DNA of 64,000 nucleotides from Lingula anatina. Lineage: Eukaryota > Animalia > Brachiopoda. Position numbers and translations under genes: made by a program. This document shows, in pieces, positions 54,860 through 64,000 of the stretch. The first letter of the stretch is position 1. Each line of letters begins with the position of its first letter. Where the stretch lies: NCBI GenBank assembly GCA_051362555.1, contig CM120649.1:2976001-3040000 (forward strand), read 5' to 3'. The notes under the pieces were generated by a model. That model saw only the letters and a program-made list of their open reading frames with translations. It made no database searches and was not told where the DNA came from.

Positions 54860-57275
54860 TCACACACACACACACACAGTCCTTCTCTCCCTCTCTTGCT
54901 ATCCCGCTCTTTCTCACATGCACACACACACATTCTCTCTCTCTCTCTCTCTCTCTCTCCTGCAGTTCACACATCAATTTTGACATCAAAACATCAGTTT
55001 GTAGCAAAGGAATATTTATTACCAACTATCTAAAAAACTGATGAACTTATTGCAGGACCTTTCTAAAACATCGTACCTGCAACATAAGACCTATTTCATG
55101 TTAACAGAACAAATTTAAATCTAAGATTAAAACCATAGTTGTGAAGTTGGCCATCTCTGTAGTTTTAATATTTCCTATTTTTTCTTCTTCCTCCGTCAAG
55201 GCCCTTGGTCTTCGTCGAGATGACACATTTTCGACCACAATGCTGAGTAATGCTGTTGAGGAGCTGATGGGCGATATGTTTCCTTGTGACGGTAAGCCAT
55301 ACTTAGGCATCCGGTAATGGCTCAGTCATTTCAACCCAGGAAAATTATCAATTTTCTTGATATACACGGTGGTCCACCGTGCAACCTATTTTACTTTCCA
55401 TCTCAGTTTTAATATAAATGTAATTTCAATTGTGTTGCTACCATTTGGTAGGAATGTTCTGATTATAAGAATTTATTACTTTAAAAAATATAGTATCTGT
55501 AAAATTTGCAATTTCTCCAGTTGAAATATCTGAGCCATTACTGCACAGTGCACATTATACCTTTATGCATTGCAAAAAAAAAAGAATGTTTGTGAACATT
55601 ATGGAAAAATCATTGAAAAAAAAAAAATAAAATCAATAAATCAGTTTTTAAACTCTCAATTTCTGATTTGTAATTTTGGAAGTGATGTTCAGTTTCTGCC
55701 TCTTTCACCAGAGTAAATTTCAAACTAAGTGCTCAAAAACGCGTCGCTCTATAGATTGAAATCTATTAAATGGTTTACAATGTGGTATTTTACTTTTAAA
55801 TTGGTACTTAAGGAAAATAATAAAATAATAGCGTTGACAAGTGAAGGAAATCAAATTTTTTTTAAAATAAAGGTCTAATGCTCATCTTGTGCCTTTCAGA
55901 ATTATCACACATCAAGTTGAGATGATATTTTCATAAGATTTAAAAATAAATAAAAAATTTGAATGGTCACAAAGATGTCTTAAGGACTTAGTTGCATCCT
56001 TATCACCATATATTCTGTTGGTTAAGAAATATCGGCCTGTCTTTAGTATCAAGGATATAAATTATGTTTCTCTTCTCTGTTGGTTATGAAATGTCTGCCT
56101 CTCTGTCTTCAGTATCAAAGATATAAATAATTTAGCAGTTACTTTCTCATCTCTTCACTTGATGTAATTCAAGCTGTGACACACGGTAAGATTAATCGAC
56201 TTGTGCTATGAATTTTTCAAATTCACTTCACAGATTTATATCATTGACACCACCCAATACCATGTGGGTGCTAAAAAATTTACAGTCATGTCACCTGTAA
56301 TACAGTTGTGTAATACTGTACGCAAACCTGTGGCAGACTTTGAGGGACTTAGAGACCATTCCCACAGAATTTTGGATCGATTTATCTCCCTGGGGAGTCT
56401 CACTAAATTGTGATCAACTTAACAGGCTTAAATGTCTGTCACGCCTAGTAAAGCTGTTAGGGGGTAATTGTCTTTACCGTAGCTGATTCGGTAGGCGTGA
56501 CAGACATTTAAGCCTCTTGAGCTGATAGCAATTTAGCGTGAACCCCCAGGGAGTTAGGTCGATCCAGATGGATTGATCTAAGTATGGAAACCCAGTCTTA
56601 CTCGAGAACTCAGTCACAAGCAACATCTGGAAACAACCTTCTGATAACTTGGGGACACTTAAACTTTATGTGCTTCATTTGTGGAAAATTTTTGAATATT
56701 CTAAAGTATAATTTTTTTGAATTTGACAATTTTGAATATCCTTAAAGACTTAAGTGTAATTTTTTTTTTTTTTACTTTTAGTGATTATGATTTCTGGATA
56801 ATTTTGAATATGCTAAAAGTGTAATTTTTGATGTTTTGTGATTTTGATTTGTGAGTAGTTCAAGGTATTTGAAAATGAAAAAAAAAGTTTAATAAATTAT
56901 TTCTTTTGGTCTATATCTGAACCCTAGAGTTATTAGAGGTCATTATCAAAAGAAAAAAATTGAAAATAAAGTGAAATACAGATTATGATTTTAATTGTAG
57001 TGTGTATTTCCTTTTGATTTTTTTTTATTTTTGACTTTTGTACGTATTTGTAATTAAAAGAATTTATTTTCTCAGGTCTTCCAGATGTTTTACCTGAATA
57101 CAAAACAGAGAACAGGTTAGACTTCAGTTCTGTCTCAGAGTCCGACCATCAGTTAAGCCAGCCCGAGGACACGCCCATTCAGAGCACACCAGGGGGTGCT
57201 AGTGCTAGTGACACGGCAACACTGGATGGAAGCTCAATGGCGATAGAAGAAATAGAAATGGAGGAAAATGATTAA
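46526..57275 (+). CDS. CDC16: Cell division cycle protein 16 (APC6, TPR subunit of APC/C)
   Basis: Exons 46526-46618, 46926-46980, 47172-47269, 47587-47625, 47837-47971, 48388-48547, 49026-49120, 49537-49670, 50072-50151, 50519-50568, 50835-50905, 51223-51348, 53501-53653, 54010-54135, 54650-54785, 55201-55291, 57076-57275. Motifs QYESALFWADKV, LLRGKIYEALDNR, AERHYYNCDF, LFYLAHKLVDLYP, WFAVGCYY, GPAWLAFGHSFA..NEHDQAMAAY, GCHLPVLYIGLEY, WESLLNNLGHV, ALGLRRDDTFSTTML. Confidence 0.96.
49716..49835. mobile_element. Short Harbinger-like MITE sharing termini with family A
   Basis: TIR GACCCCATTCCCATAGAC / GTCTATGGAAATGGGGCC, inner GGATCGACC / GGTCGATCC, TTA(GA) on both flanks. Confidence 0.7.
51369..53189 (-). 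mobile_element. Apparently complete ~1.8-kb Helentron-type element in CDC16 intron 12
   Basis: Reverse complement of the RSF1-intron family: terminal palindrome and (GTCGCC)n at 51371-51460, about 3 diverged 161-bp units, 5' terminus GTCTGTACATTTGACAGCTTTGCTGCCTTGT ending 53189. Confidence 0.8.
53215..53465 (+). pseudogene. Decayed duplicate of CDC16 exon 8 and its donor
   Basis: Translates FNIVLKPAERRDIFFNSDFRECHK versus exon 8 LDIVVNTAERHYYNCDFRECHK; both followed by TGTGAGTTTATAGT.ATT; weaker similarity extends upstream. Confidence 0.75.
54160..54351. mobile_element. hAT-like MITE (family B), diverged
   Basis: CAGGCCCATAG / CTACAGGCCTG termini; internal similarity to 38957-39124. Confidence 0.65.
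56352..56597. mobile_element. Harbinger-like MITE (family A), reverse orientation
   Basis: TTA on both sides; contains TTTAGCGTGAACCCCCAGGGAGTTAGGTCGATC; centre rearranged into an inner palindrome (AGGCTTAAATGTCTGTCACGCCTA / TAGGCGTGACAGACATTTAAGCCT). Confidence 0.75.
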
Positions 57276-57653
57276 ATCGAGAAATTTTTACTTGATTTCA
57301 TTTTATATGTGACTGAATCATGGATGACAATATTATAGTTATGATTATAGAGAGAAATACCTGTAGGAAATGTATTAAAAAGAGAAGGGAAATTCTTGGA
57401 ATGCGAAAGCTTCTCTCTTTTTTGTTTACGGATTCTCTTTGCCCATCTGGGTTCTTCTGAGTTTACTTCAACTCAAATGCCACACCTCATTTTTCCATAA
57501 GTGACATCTAAAAACTATTGTATGTGGAATAGACCCTACCATCCCAATCTACAGGTAGAGAGAGTTAAAAGAGACCCTTACCTGTCTGTAATTTAATTGG
57601 GGGGGGGGGGGGGGGGGGTTGAGCTGAACTCAGTTGAGCATAGAAAAACTTCA

Positions 57654-58017
57654 CGTTTTGGCTCTCTTCATCCCAGATGTACCCATGAAATATGGCACAG
57701 GTGCTGAGCTACTGAATGCTGGGGTTTTAGTAACATTCAGTAAGCTCTCCAATGTGCTGTATGCTTTTTATAGTGTAATTCGTCTTCATTTAGGAAAAAA
57801 AAGACAAAGGATAGAGATTCATCTACCACTCCAACAGACTACTAATTTTTGGTATTTTAGAGGTCGAATGGTGTTATTTGGTATGGTTTAGAACTGTGAT
57901 TCAGCTAGTCAAAATTCTAATTACAAGAGGGGACCAGTAATCGTTTTGGCTCTCTTCATCCCAGATGTACCCATGAAATTTGGCAGAGGTGCTGAGCTAT
58001 TGAATGCTGGGGTTTTA
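57654..58017. repeat. Local direct duplication downstream of CDC16
   Basis: CGTTTTGGCTCTCTTCATCCCAGATGTACCCATGAAA...GCTGGGGTTTTAG occurs near 57654 and 57942; continuation of the second copy reappears near 58635-58680. Confidence 0.8.
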
Positions 58018-58450
58018 GACCCCATTTCCAGAGATTAGATCGATCTACTTTAGATCGACCTAACTCCCTGGGGGTTCACGCTAAATAGCTGTCAGCCGAG
58101 CGGACACGAAAGTTAATTACCCCCTTACAGCTTGTAGTAGGCGGGACGGACATTTAAGCCGGATTATCTGACAGTAATCTAGTGAGACTCCCCGCGGGGA
58201 TAGATCGATCTAAAAGCTCTGGGAATACAACCTTAGGCTCTGTTCTCACAACTTTTAGATCGATCTATCACCGCGGGGAGTCTCACTAGATTACTGTCAG
58301 ATAATCCCCCTTAAGTGTCCGTCCCCGCCTACTACAAGCTTTAAGGGGTAATTAACTTTCGTGTCCGCCCGGCTGACAGCTATTTAGCGTGAACCCCCAG
58401 GGAGTTAGGTCGATCCAATGTAGGTCGATCTAATCTATGAGAATGGGGTG
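58018..58450. mobile_element. Inverted dimer of two family A Harbinger-like MITEs
   Basis: TTA-[58018-58232 forward]-TTA-[58236-58450 reverse]-TTA. Confidence 0.85.
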
Positions 58451-58686
58451 TTAGTCATGGGTGAAAGTTTTCAGGATTATTTAAGGATTTTCATTCTCCA
58501 TTCTGATCCTTTTTTTTTCATATGGTCTAAATGCGATGGAAATTGCAAGGTACGTTTCGGGACTTTCAGTTTTTAATCAACTCAACTTTTATATCAAATC
58601 AACATTTCAATCAACTCTCACCCATGCATTAAGTGAGCTGTCCAATGTACTTTATGTTATATGTAGTGTAATTCCAATCTTTATAT

Positions 58687-58739
<53 letters not shown>
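58687..58739. repeat. Poly-G tract, about 53 nt
   Basis: Direct reading. Confidence 0.9.
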
Positions 58740-58740
<1 letters not shown>

Positions 58741-59653
58741 ACGAAAAACGGGAGAAAAATTGAGGGAAGGTGGAGTTTCATCCTGTGCATAGGCTGATTT
58801 TTCAGTCTAATATTTTTATTGTGGGTTTTGACGAAATACAAGATAGAAAGATACAAAGATACAAAATAAATTGCTCTAGTAAAATTGTGAGTCTCCAGAA
58901 GAAAGGTGATGCGTAAAGAAGGTTCATGGCGTTTGTAATTAATTATAGACCATCAAAAAATTAATTTCATCTACCCATCCAGTTTACACAAACATGAATA
59001 ATTCCAATAAGAATAAAGTAATTTTTCTTCAATCAGCAGTGCAAAATTGAAATAGTTTACCTCCAATGTTTCGATGTCTAACACTGATTGAAGCAAAAAC
59101 ATTCTTATAACACAGCTGATGAAATTCTTGCTTGATGAATAATTCGGACTTTTCGAATGATTAGTTCAGCAACCAGCATATAAGACACATTAACATAAGG
59201 TTAAACACAGTATGTAATGTATATATATATATATATAATATATACAATATATACAATACTATCTGATACCCGTCAAATTAAACATTGAAACATGTGAAAT
59301 TGACAGTATATTATGCCCGCCACACATGCCGATGATATACGGAAATTGCCGAAGGCTAGAAAATGCCTTCAAAATAATTATACTTAACAGTTATCAAATT
59401 CAAACTACGGCTACTATCTTCCCACTGTCCTAAGGTACATGCGTATTGCTAACACCTGTCAGTTGTCAACAGATCGTTGTAGTTTGGGAGGAAAACGTGA
59501 CACGGAGAGTTCGGGTGATCTGTTATTATAATATAGATAAAGTCACGAAATTATGTTTACATATGCTGGTATCACTGCGCGCGGTAACTCCAAGGAACGT
59601 ATCAATATGACTGCGTATCCTCATGCAAAATTTAGCCGAGACATAGCGTGAAA

Positions 59654-61291
59654 ATGTCAACAAAGACGGTGCTTGCTTTTGTCATTTTTGAATCCTGTAT
59701 TGGGTTGATTCTTTTCATTTCATACCCTGGCAGTTTCAGTCAGCAAGGCACTCTGAAACCAAACGGCAGCGCGAATACAGAAGACAACGGAAATGACAGA
59801 ACGGTGGGCGAGCTAGAATACCACACGACAAACAAACTTGATGGAAACAACGTTCGATGGATCGGGAAGGAAAGCAAGATGGTAGGACACGAAAAAGTTA
59901 ATGTTAACCCCCAAAATGGTAACCGGCTGTCCCAAATGTATAAAACGGAGACCAAAGCTGAAAACGCTCATGTGAACTCGGATGTGGACGGGATTTGGTC
60001 AATCAACGGCCCTGCAGAAAGAGAACAGCTGCTGTTTTTTTGGTACAAGTGCGGAAACCAGTGCGATGAAAGAAAAAACGTAACCTTACGCCATAATGCC
60101 ACCGTTATTTTTACCGGCAACAAACTTATGATAAGAATTGAAGAGATGAGCGTTAGACTGCCTGTTCCAGAAAAACCTTCCAACAGACTCCTTGGGGGAA
60201 GTGGATTTCGCGTAGAACTGGTCGGAAATGAACACCATGTTTGTCCAGTGAGAGATTTTTTCAACGGTACGTACATTGCATTTTGTCCGGAGATCACCGG
60301 CTGCGTGAACGGCACCATACACCTCGACTACACGTTCTTTGAAGCGTACCGCTCCCATCCCAATCCCAGGCCTACTGCTCACTATAATGGGAAACTGTGT
60401 GGAGAAAAACAACTTCACCAAAAAATATTTTCGTTTCATGGATGCCCCAAAAACCCCAAGGCGTTTTTGAAACAAGACAGCAAGTCTGAGTTGTGTAAGT
60501 CAAAAACGGTGAGAGATTACCTTGATGGGCGTTGGTGGAACGATGGAGGGCGCTGGCGGTGGGGAACAAAAGACGGATGCCGACTCAAATTTGCTGCCGG
60601 TGAGAAATTGCTTCAATGTCAGCGAGGCGTGTCGTTGGCTGTAATGGGCGACTCACATATGCGAGAAACAAGGCTATACTTGAATTCATTGTGGGAAGAG
60701 GCATTTCGGAAAAGTGTCCTTTCAAAAAGGGAGAATGGCAACGGGACTAAAGGCGCGCCGCGTTTTTCCTTTAAATTCGCAAAATATCCTAATGACACGC
60801 AGAGAGTACTGTCTCTCCTAACGAGGTCCAGTACTAAAGTGATTCGTAAGAGAAATGTCAAAGAAAATAACACCACTTTCAACTTCAAGAAAAGAGTAAT
60901 CTTGTTTAACTTCGGCATTTGGTCACTGGTAAAGGACAGCGGCAAAAGACTTTTACAGCACGACGTTCCACTCTTCGTTGACTTTCTGGGAAATCTTCGT
61001 CAAAACATGAACACAGACATGGCGCCGCGGATGATTTACCAAGAAACTCTCCCCAACCCTTGTTGTAACCAGGACTCGAATTACTACATGACGGCAGCAG
61101 CGAACGCTAACATCACGAGGCAACTTCGAGCGCTGGGCGTCGAGGTAATGGAAGCCTTTCGCGTTGCTAACCCACTTTTACCGACTGTATGTGACACACA
61201 CCATTACCTCTGTAATCGAAACGGAACAACTTTCGGCGACACCGGAAAGACAGTTGCTCAAATATTATTTAAGATGATATGTAATATATAG
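59654..61291 (+). CDS. Intronless type II membrane protein, NXPE/PC-esterase-like SGNH-fold acyltransferase or esterase (545 aa from ATG)
   Basis: Single 1.6-kb ORF; N-terminal hydrophobic anchor VLAFVIFESCIGLILFISY, polar stem, GGSGFRVEL..VRDFFNGTY (as in NXPE N-terminal Ig-like region), Cys-rich linker with GRW, catalytic-type motifs VMGDSHMR, FNFGIW and CDTHHY (DxxH); multiple N-glycosylation sequons. Confidence 0.75.
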   Translation: MSTKTVLAFVIFESCIGLILFISYPGSFSQQGTLKPNGSANTEDNGNDRTVGELEYHTTNKLDGNNVRWIGKESKMVGHEKVNVNPQNGNRLSQMYKTETKAENAHVNSDVDGIWSINGPAEREQLLFFWYKCGNQCDERKNVTLRHNATVIFTGNKLMIRIEEMSVRLPVPEKPSNRLLGGSGFRVELVGNEHHVCPVRDFFNGTYIAFCPEITGCVNGTIHLDYTFFEAYRSHPNPRPTAHYNGKLCGEKQLHQKIFSFHGCPKNPKAFLKQDSKSELCKSKTVRDYLDGRWWNDGGRWRWGTKDGCRLKFAAGEKLLQCQRGVSLAVMGDSHMRETRLYLNSLWEEAFRKSVLSKRENGNGTKGAPRFSFKFAKYPNDTQRVLSLLTRSSTKVIRKRNVKENNTTFNFKKRVILFNFGIWSLVKDSGKRLLQHDVPLFVDFLGNLRQNMNTDMAPRMIYQETLPNPCCNQDSNYYMTAAANANITRQLRALGVEVMEAFRVANPLLPTVCDTHHYLCNRNGTTFGDTGKTVAQILFKMICNI

Positions 61292-64000
61292 TGGCTGTAC
61301 GTAATGATATAAGGAATATAATGAGGCGTTTTGAAACTAATTAAAGATACACAAATGAGGATTTTGCGCCGAATTTCATATTTAAGGGAATTATCACGGG
61401 GTAAAAGGCATTTGCTTCAGATTTACCAACCTCTCATCTTCCTTTTCTGAAACTCGCCATAACTAAATTGTAACAATTTTGGAAAAGTCAAAGATTTAAA
61501 CCCACGGAGGTTTTCCAAACACGCCATTCATTTTCATCGACTCGGCTTCCACGTATCGGGGGACTCTCGCGCCGAGACTACCCCTCTTTTCAAACTTTCA
61601 CAAGATGGCCGACTAGGACAAGGGACAGTGAATATGATTATTTTCTGCGATATTGATTAAGACCATTTATTATTTTATGTTTAAAAATTTTTATCTGTCC
61701 TCAAATAAATTCAACAAGCAGCGATCCATGCACTAAGAATGCGTTTTTAATTCCTACTTTGTGGCTCAAAAAATAATGTAGTTATTAAGTTGGTTTTTGG
61801 GACAAGATAACACAGCTTGAAAACCCAGGTTTGCATCACGTATATAGTCTCGAGATGCATGCTATATATTCACCTCAAAACAAATTAAATTTCTTTTTGA
61901 AACATATTTTTGATCTGCAAACCAGACTACTGAATTAAAGTGTCATGCGGTCTCCACCACTAAAAAACGCCGTCGATCCACCCTTGGAACGTGTACGGCC
62001 CTTTTTCTTCTCCAAAAGATTGTGTGTATTCAAAAGCAAACACTTTCCAAAGTTTTATGGACCGTTACATTTGACAGCCATACTTCGGGCGTGTTGAAAT
62101 TTCGAAGAATATTCTTCCTTTGGTACAAATCTAGTGCTCATCACGTCTTAACAAATCCATCCATGGCAAAACGCTACGAGAACTCTGAATACAAAATAAG
62201 CGCAAAAAGTATATCTTAATTATAACCTTTATTCGCATGTATTTCATACAACCACTTTTACTCAATATGTACTTTGTTCGTACATAAATAAAGAACAAAG
62301 CCAGACTTTCTTAAATATTCAAGTTTAAACAGGAAATGCTACTGAGAAATTTTTAAATGCCGTCCCATTTAAAAGATGCACTCTCTCTCTCTCCACACAC
62401 ACAGGTAATGTGATTTCTAAAGACTTATTTAGAGCCCTTAATCTCGCAGTTTTCTTCTAAGTGCTCAGGAACAACAGCTATTCCCAATGAACCGCAGGAA
62501 ATGAAATGAACCTCTAAAGATCACAGTACTTGGTACAAATATGAAGGAAACTAAAACAGAACGAAACGAAAAGGATTAACCCTTGGGGGGAAAACTTTGT
62601 GGGCACTATGCAAAAAGTACAGGTATGCATTTGCTCGTTTGAATAATTTCTTAACAATCTCTTGTAGAACCTAATTCGCCTGTGCCAACACTCACTCACT
62701 GCACCCTTTCTCACAAAGAAAATATGTAAAACAATACAAATGCAGTTTCACTTGGCACGTAACGCACGTTGAGATGCTAAGTCCAATCGCTTGGACAACT
62801 AGGCCATCGTATTCAATACCTAGCTGACAAAGAGTCAAATCTAAAATACGGGTCATTAGTTGCCTGATTGGATTAAGATATTTTAAACTTACTGGCATCA
62901 TGTCAGCTAGTGGTTACCATGACATCATGGCCCCCGAGCGTGCTCCTACTTAACTAGATGAACTGATTAAAGCAGCAAAAACGACAGAATCTGGCAAGTC
63001 ATTATTTGAACGAGCACAATCCTTCATCACAGAATGCTTAAAAAGTGAATATTTAAACTTCGGCCACCAAAAAAAAAAAAGTTTTTGGCACCGACGGTAG
63101 CGTAGACAATTTCGGAAATCAACACGTGTTCCAAAATATTGCCCACACTTCATTGTATGACACTTATTCACCTCCCGATTCTGTGTAAAGAAACCACCTA
63201 CACAACCCAAATAACGGTGGTCTTCACAACAAGTGCAGCGGAAAAAAGACTGGTTCCATTGCATTATTTGGTCCTTTGGTACTCCAGACAAATAAATAAA
63301 AAAAATCACCGAGTTTCTGTGTATAAAAAAGTTAGGCAGTCGGTGATTTTTATGTGAACATTTCACGGATGGAAATAATGCCCCATAAGAAAACTACCAC
63401 CAACTGCTATTAACCAGCGTATACATACACTTATAAATAATAAATAACTTAATGACAGGATTATGAAACTGCTTTGGTTTAGTATTAATTGATAGCGTTT
63501 TATGCCCTTGTTGCGCCATAAAACATATCCCAAACTTTGTTTCTATTCCTCAATAATGAAAAGTTTATAATTCATGTTGAGATTTCTTGTGACATAACTA
63601 ATAACGAAATTCATAAATAAAAACCTGCAGTAGTCAATTCCGACTACCCAATGCGACCATATCAGTAACCAAGACTTCAGTAACCATGGCAAACACATAG
63701 CAACCAATTCAACAATATCATAATTTGCATGCATGAACTGCATATCAAATGAGATGGTATAAAACTTGCAGGAATGACTTTATATCAAAATGAGTAGTCT
63801 TTCTCTAAATTCAGATCTTGAATGGCACAAACTTGAGAAAATCTCTTTGCCCTTCAATGCGTGTGTGAAATAAGGAGGTATGAATTCAATCAGAACCAAA
63901 AAATTACTTTCAGTTCGTGACATCTATAACATTCAAAACATATTACATACCACTGACAAAAGCAATTTTGTACCAATGGCCTACATTGAAAAGCAAGGAC

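Noticed and set aside
59740-60945. Several minus-strand ORFs of 65-129 aa
   Set aside because: Antisense shadows of the SGNH-like ORF with no recognisable motifs.
62692-63366. Minus-strand ORFs (69 and 138 aa) as exons of a further gene
   Set aside because: No recognisable motifs, weak splice signals, composition typical of non-coding DNA.

Overview
AT-rich, intron-rich animal (invertebrate, probably lophotrochozoan-like; inference) genomic DNA with no prokaryotic features. Hand-spliced gene order: 5' end of an unidentified RG-rich gene (-, runs off the left edge); RSF1 (-, 17 coding exons, 26036->7180); EPSTI1-like gene with a C-terminal CUE/UBA-like tail (+, 26513-29677, divergent from RSF1); a cation-type nicotinic acetylcholine receptor alpha-like subunit with a non-canonical ligand-binding aromatic box (+, 32119-37824); a CFAP97-domain gene (+, 39592-42036); AKAP14 (-, 45770->43804); CDC16/APC6 (+, 46526-57275, divergent from AKAP14); and an intronless type II membrane NXPE/PC-esterase-like SGNH protein (+, 59654-61291). 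Introns and intergenic DNA hold Harbinger-like and hAT-like MITEs, Helentron-type elements carrying 161-bp satellite arrays, a candidate solo LTR, a Penelope-type minimal hammerhead ribozyme motif, microsatellites and long G/C homopolymers. I see no unambiguous new multi-gene system. The best leads are the possibly ancient CFAP97D-AKAP14-CDC16 microsynteny with X-box-like promoters, the divergent nAChR, the intronless SGNH gene, the hammerhead, and three independent duplications of exon 3' ends with their splice donors. Exon coordinates were read by eye and may be off by a few bases; gene names rest on recalled motifs, not database searches.
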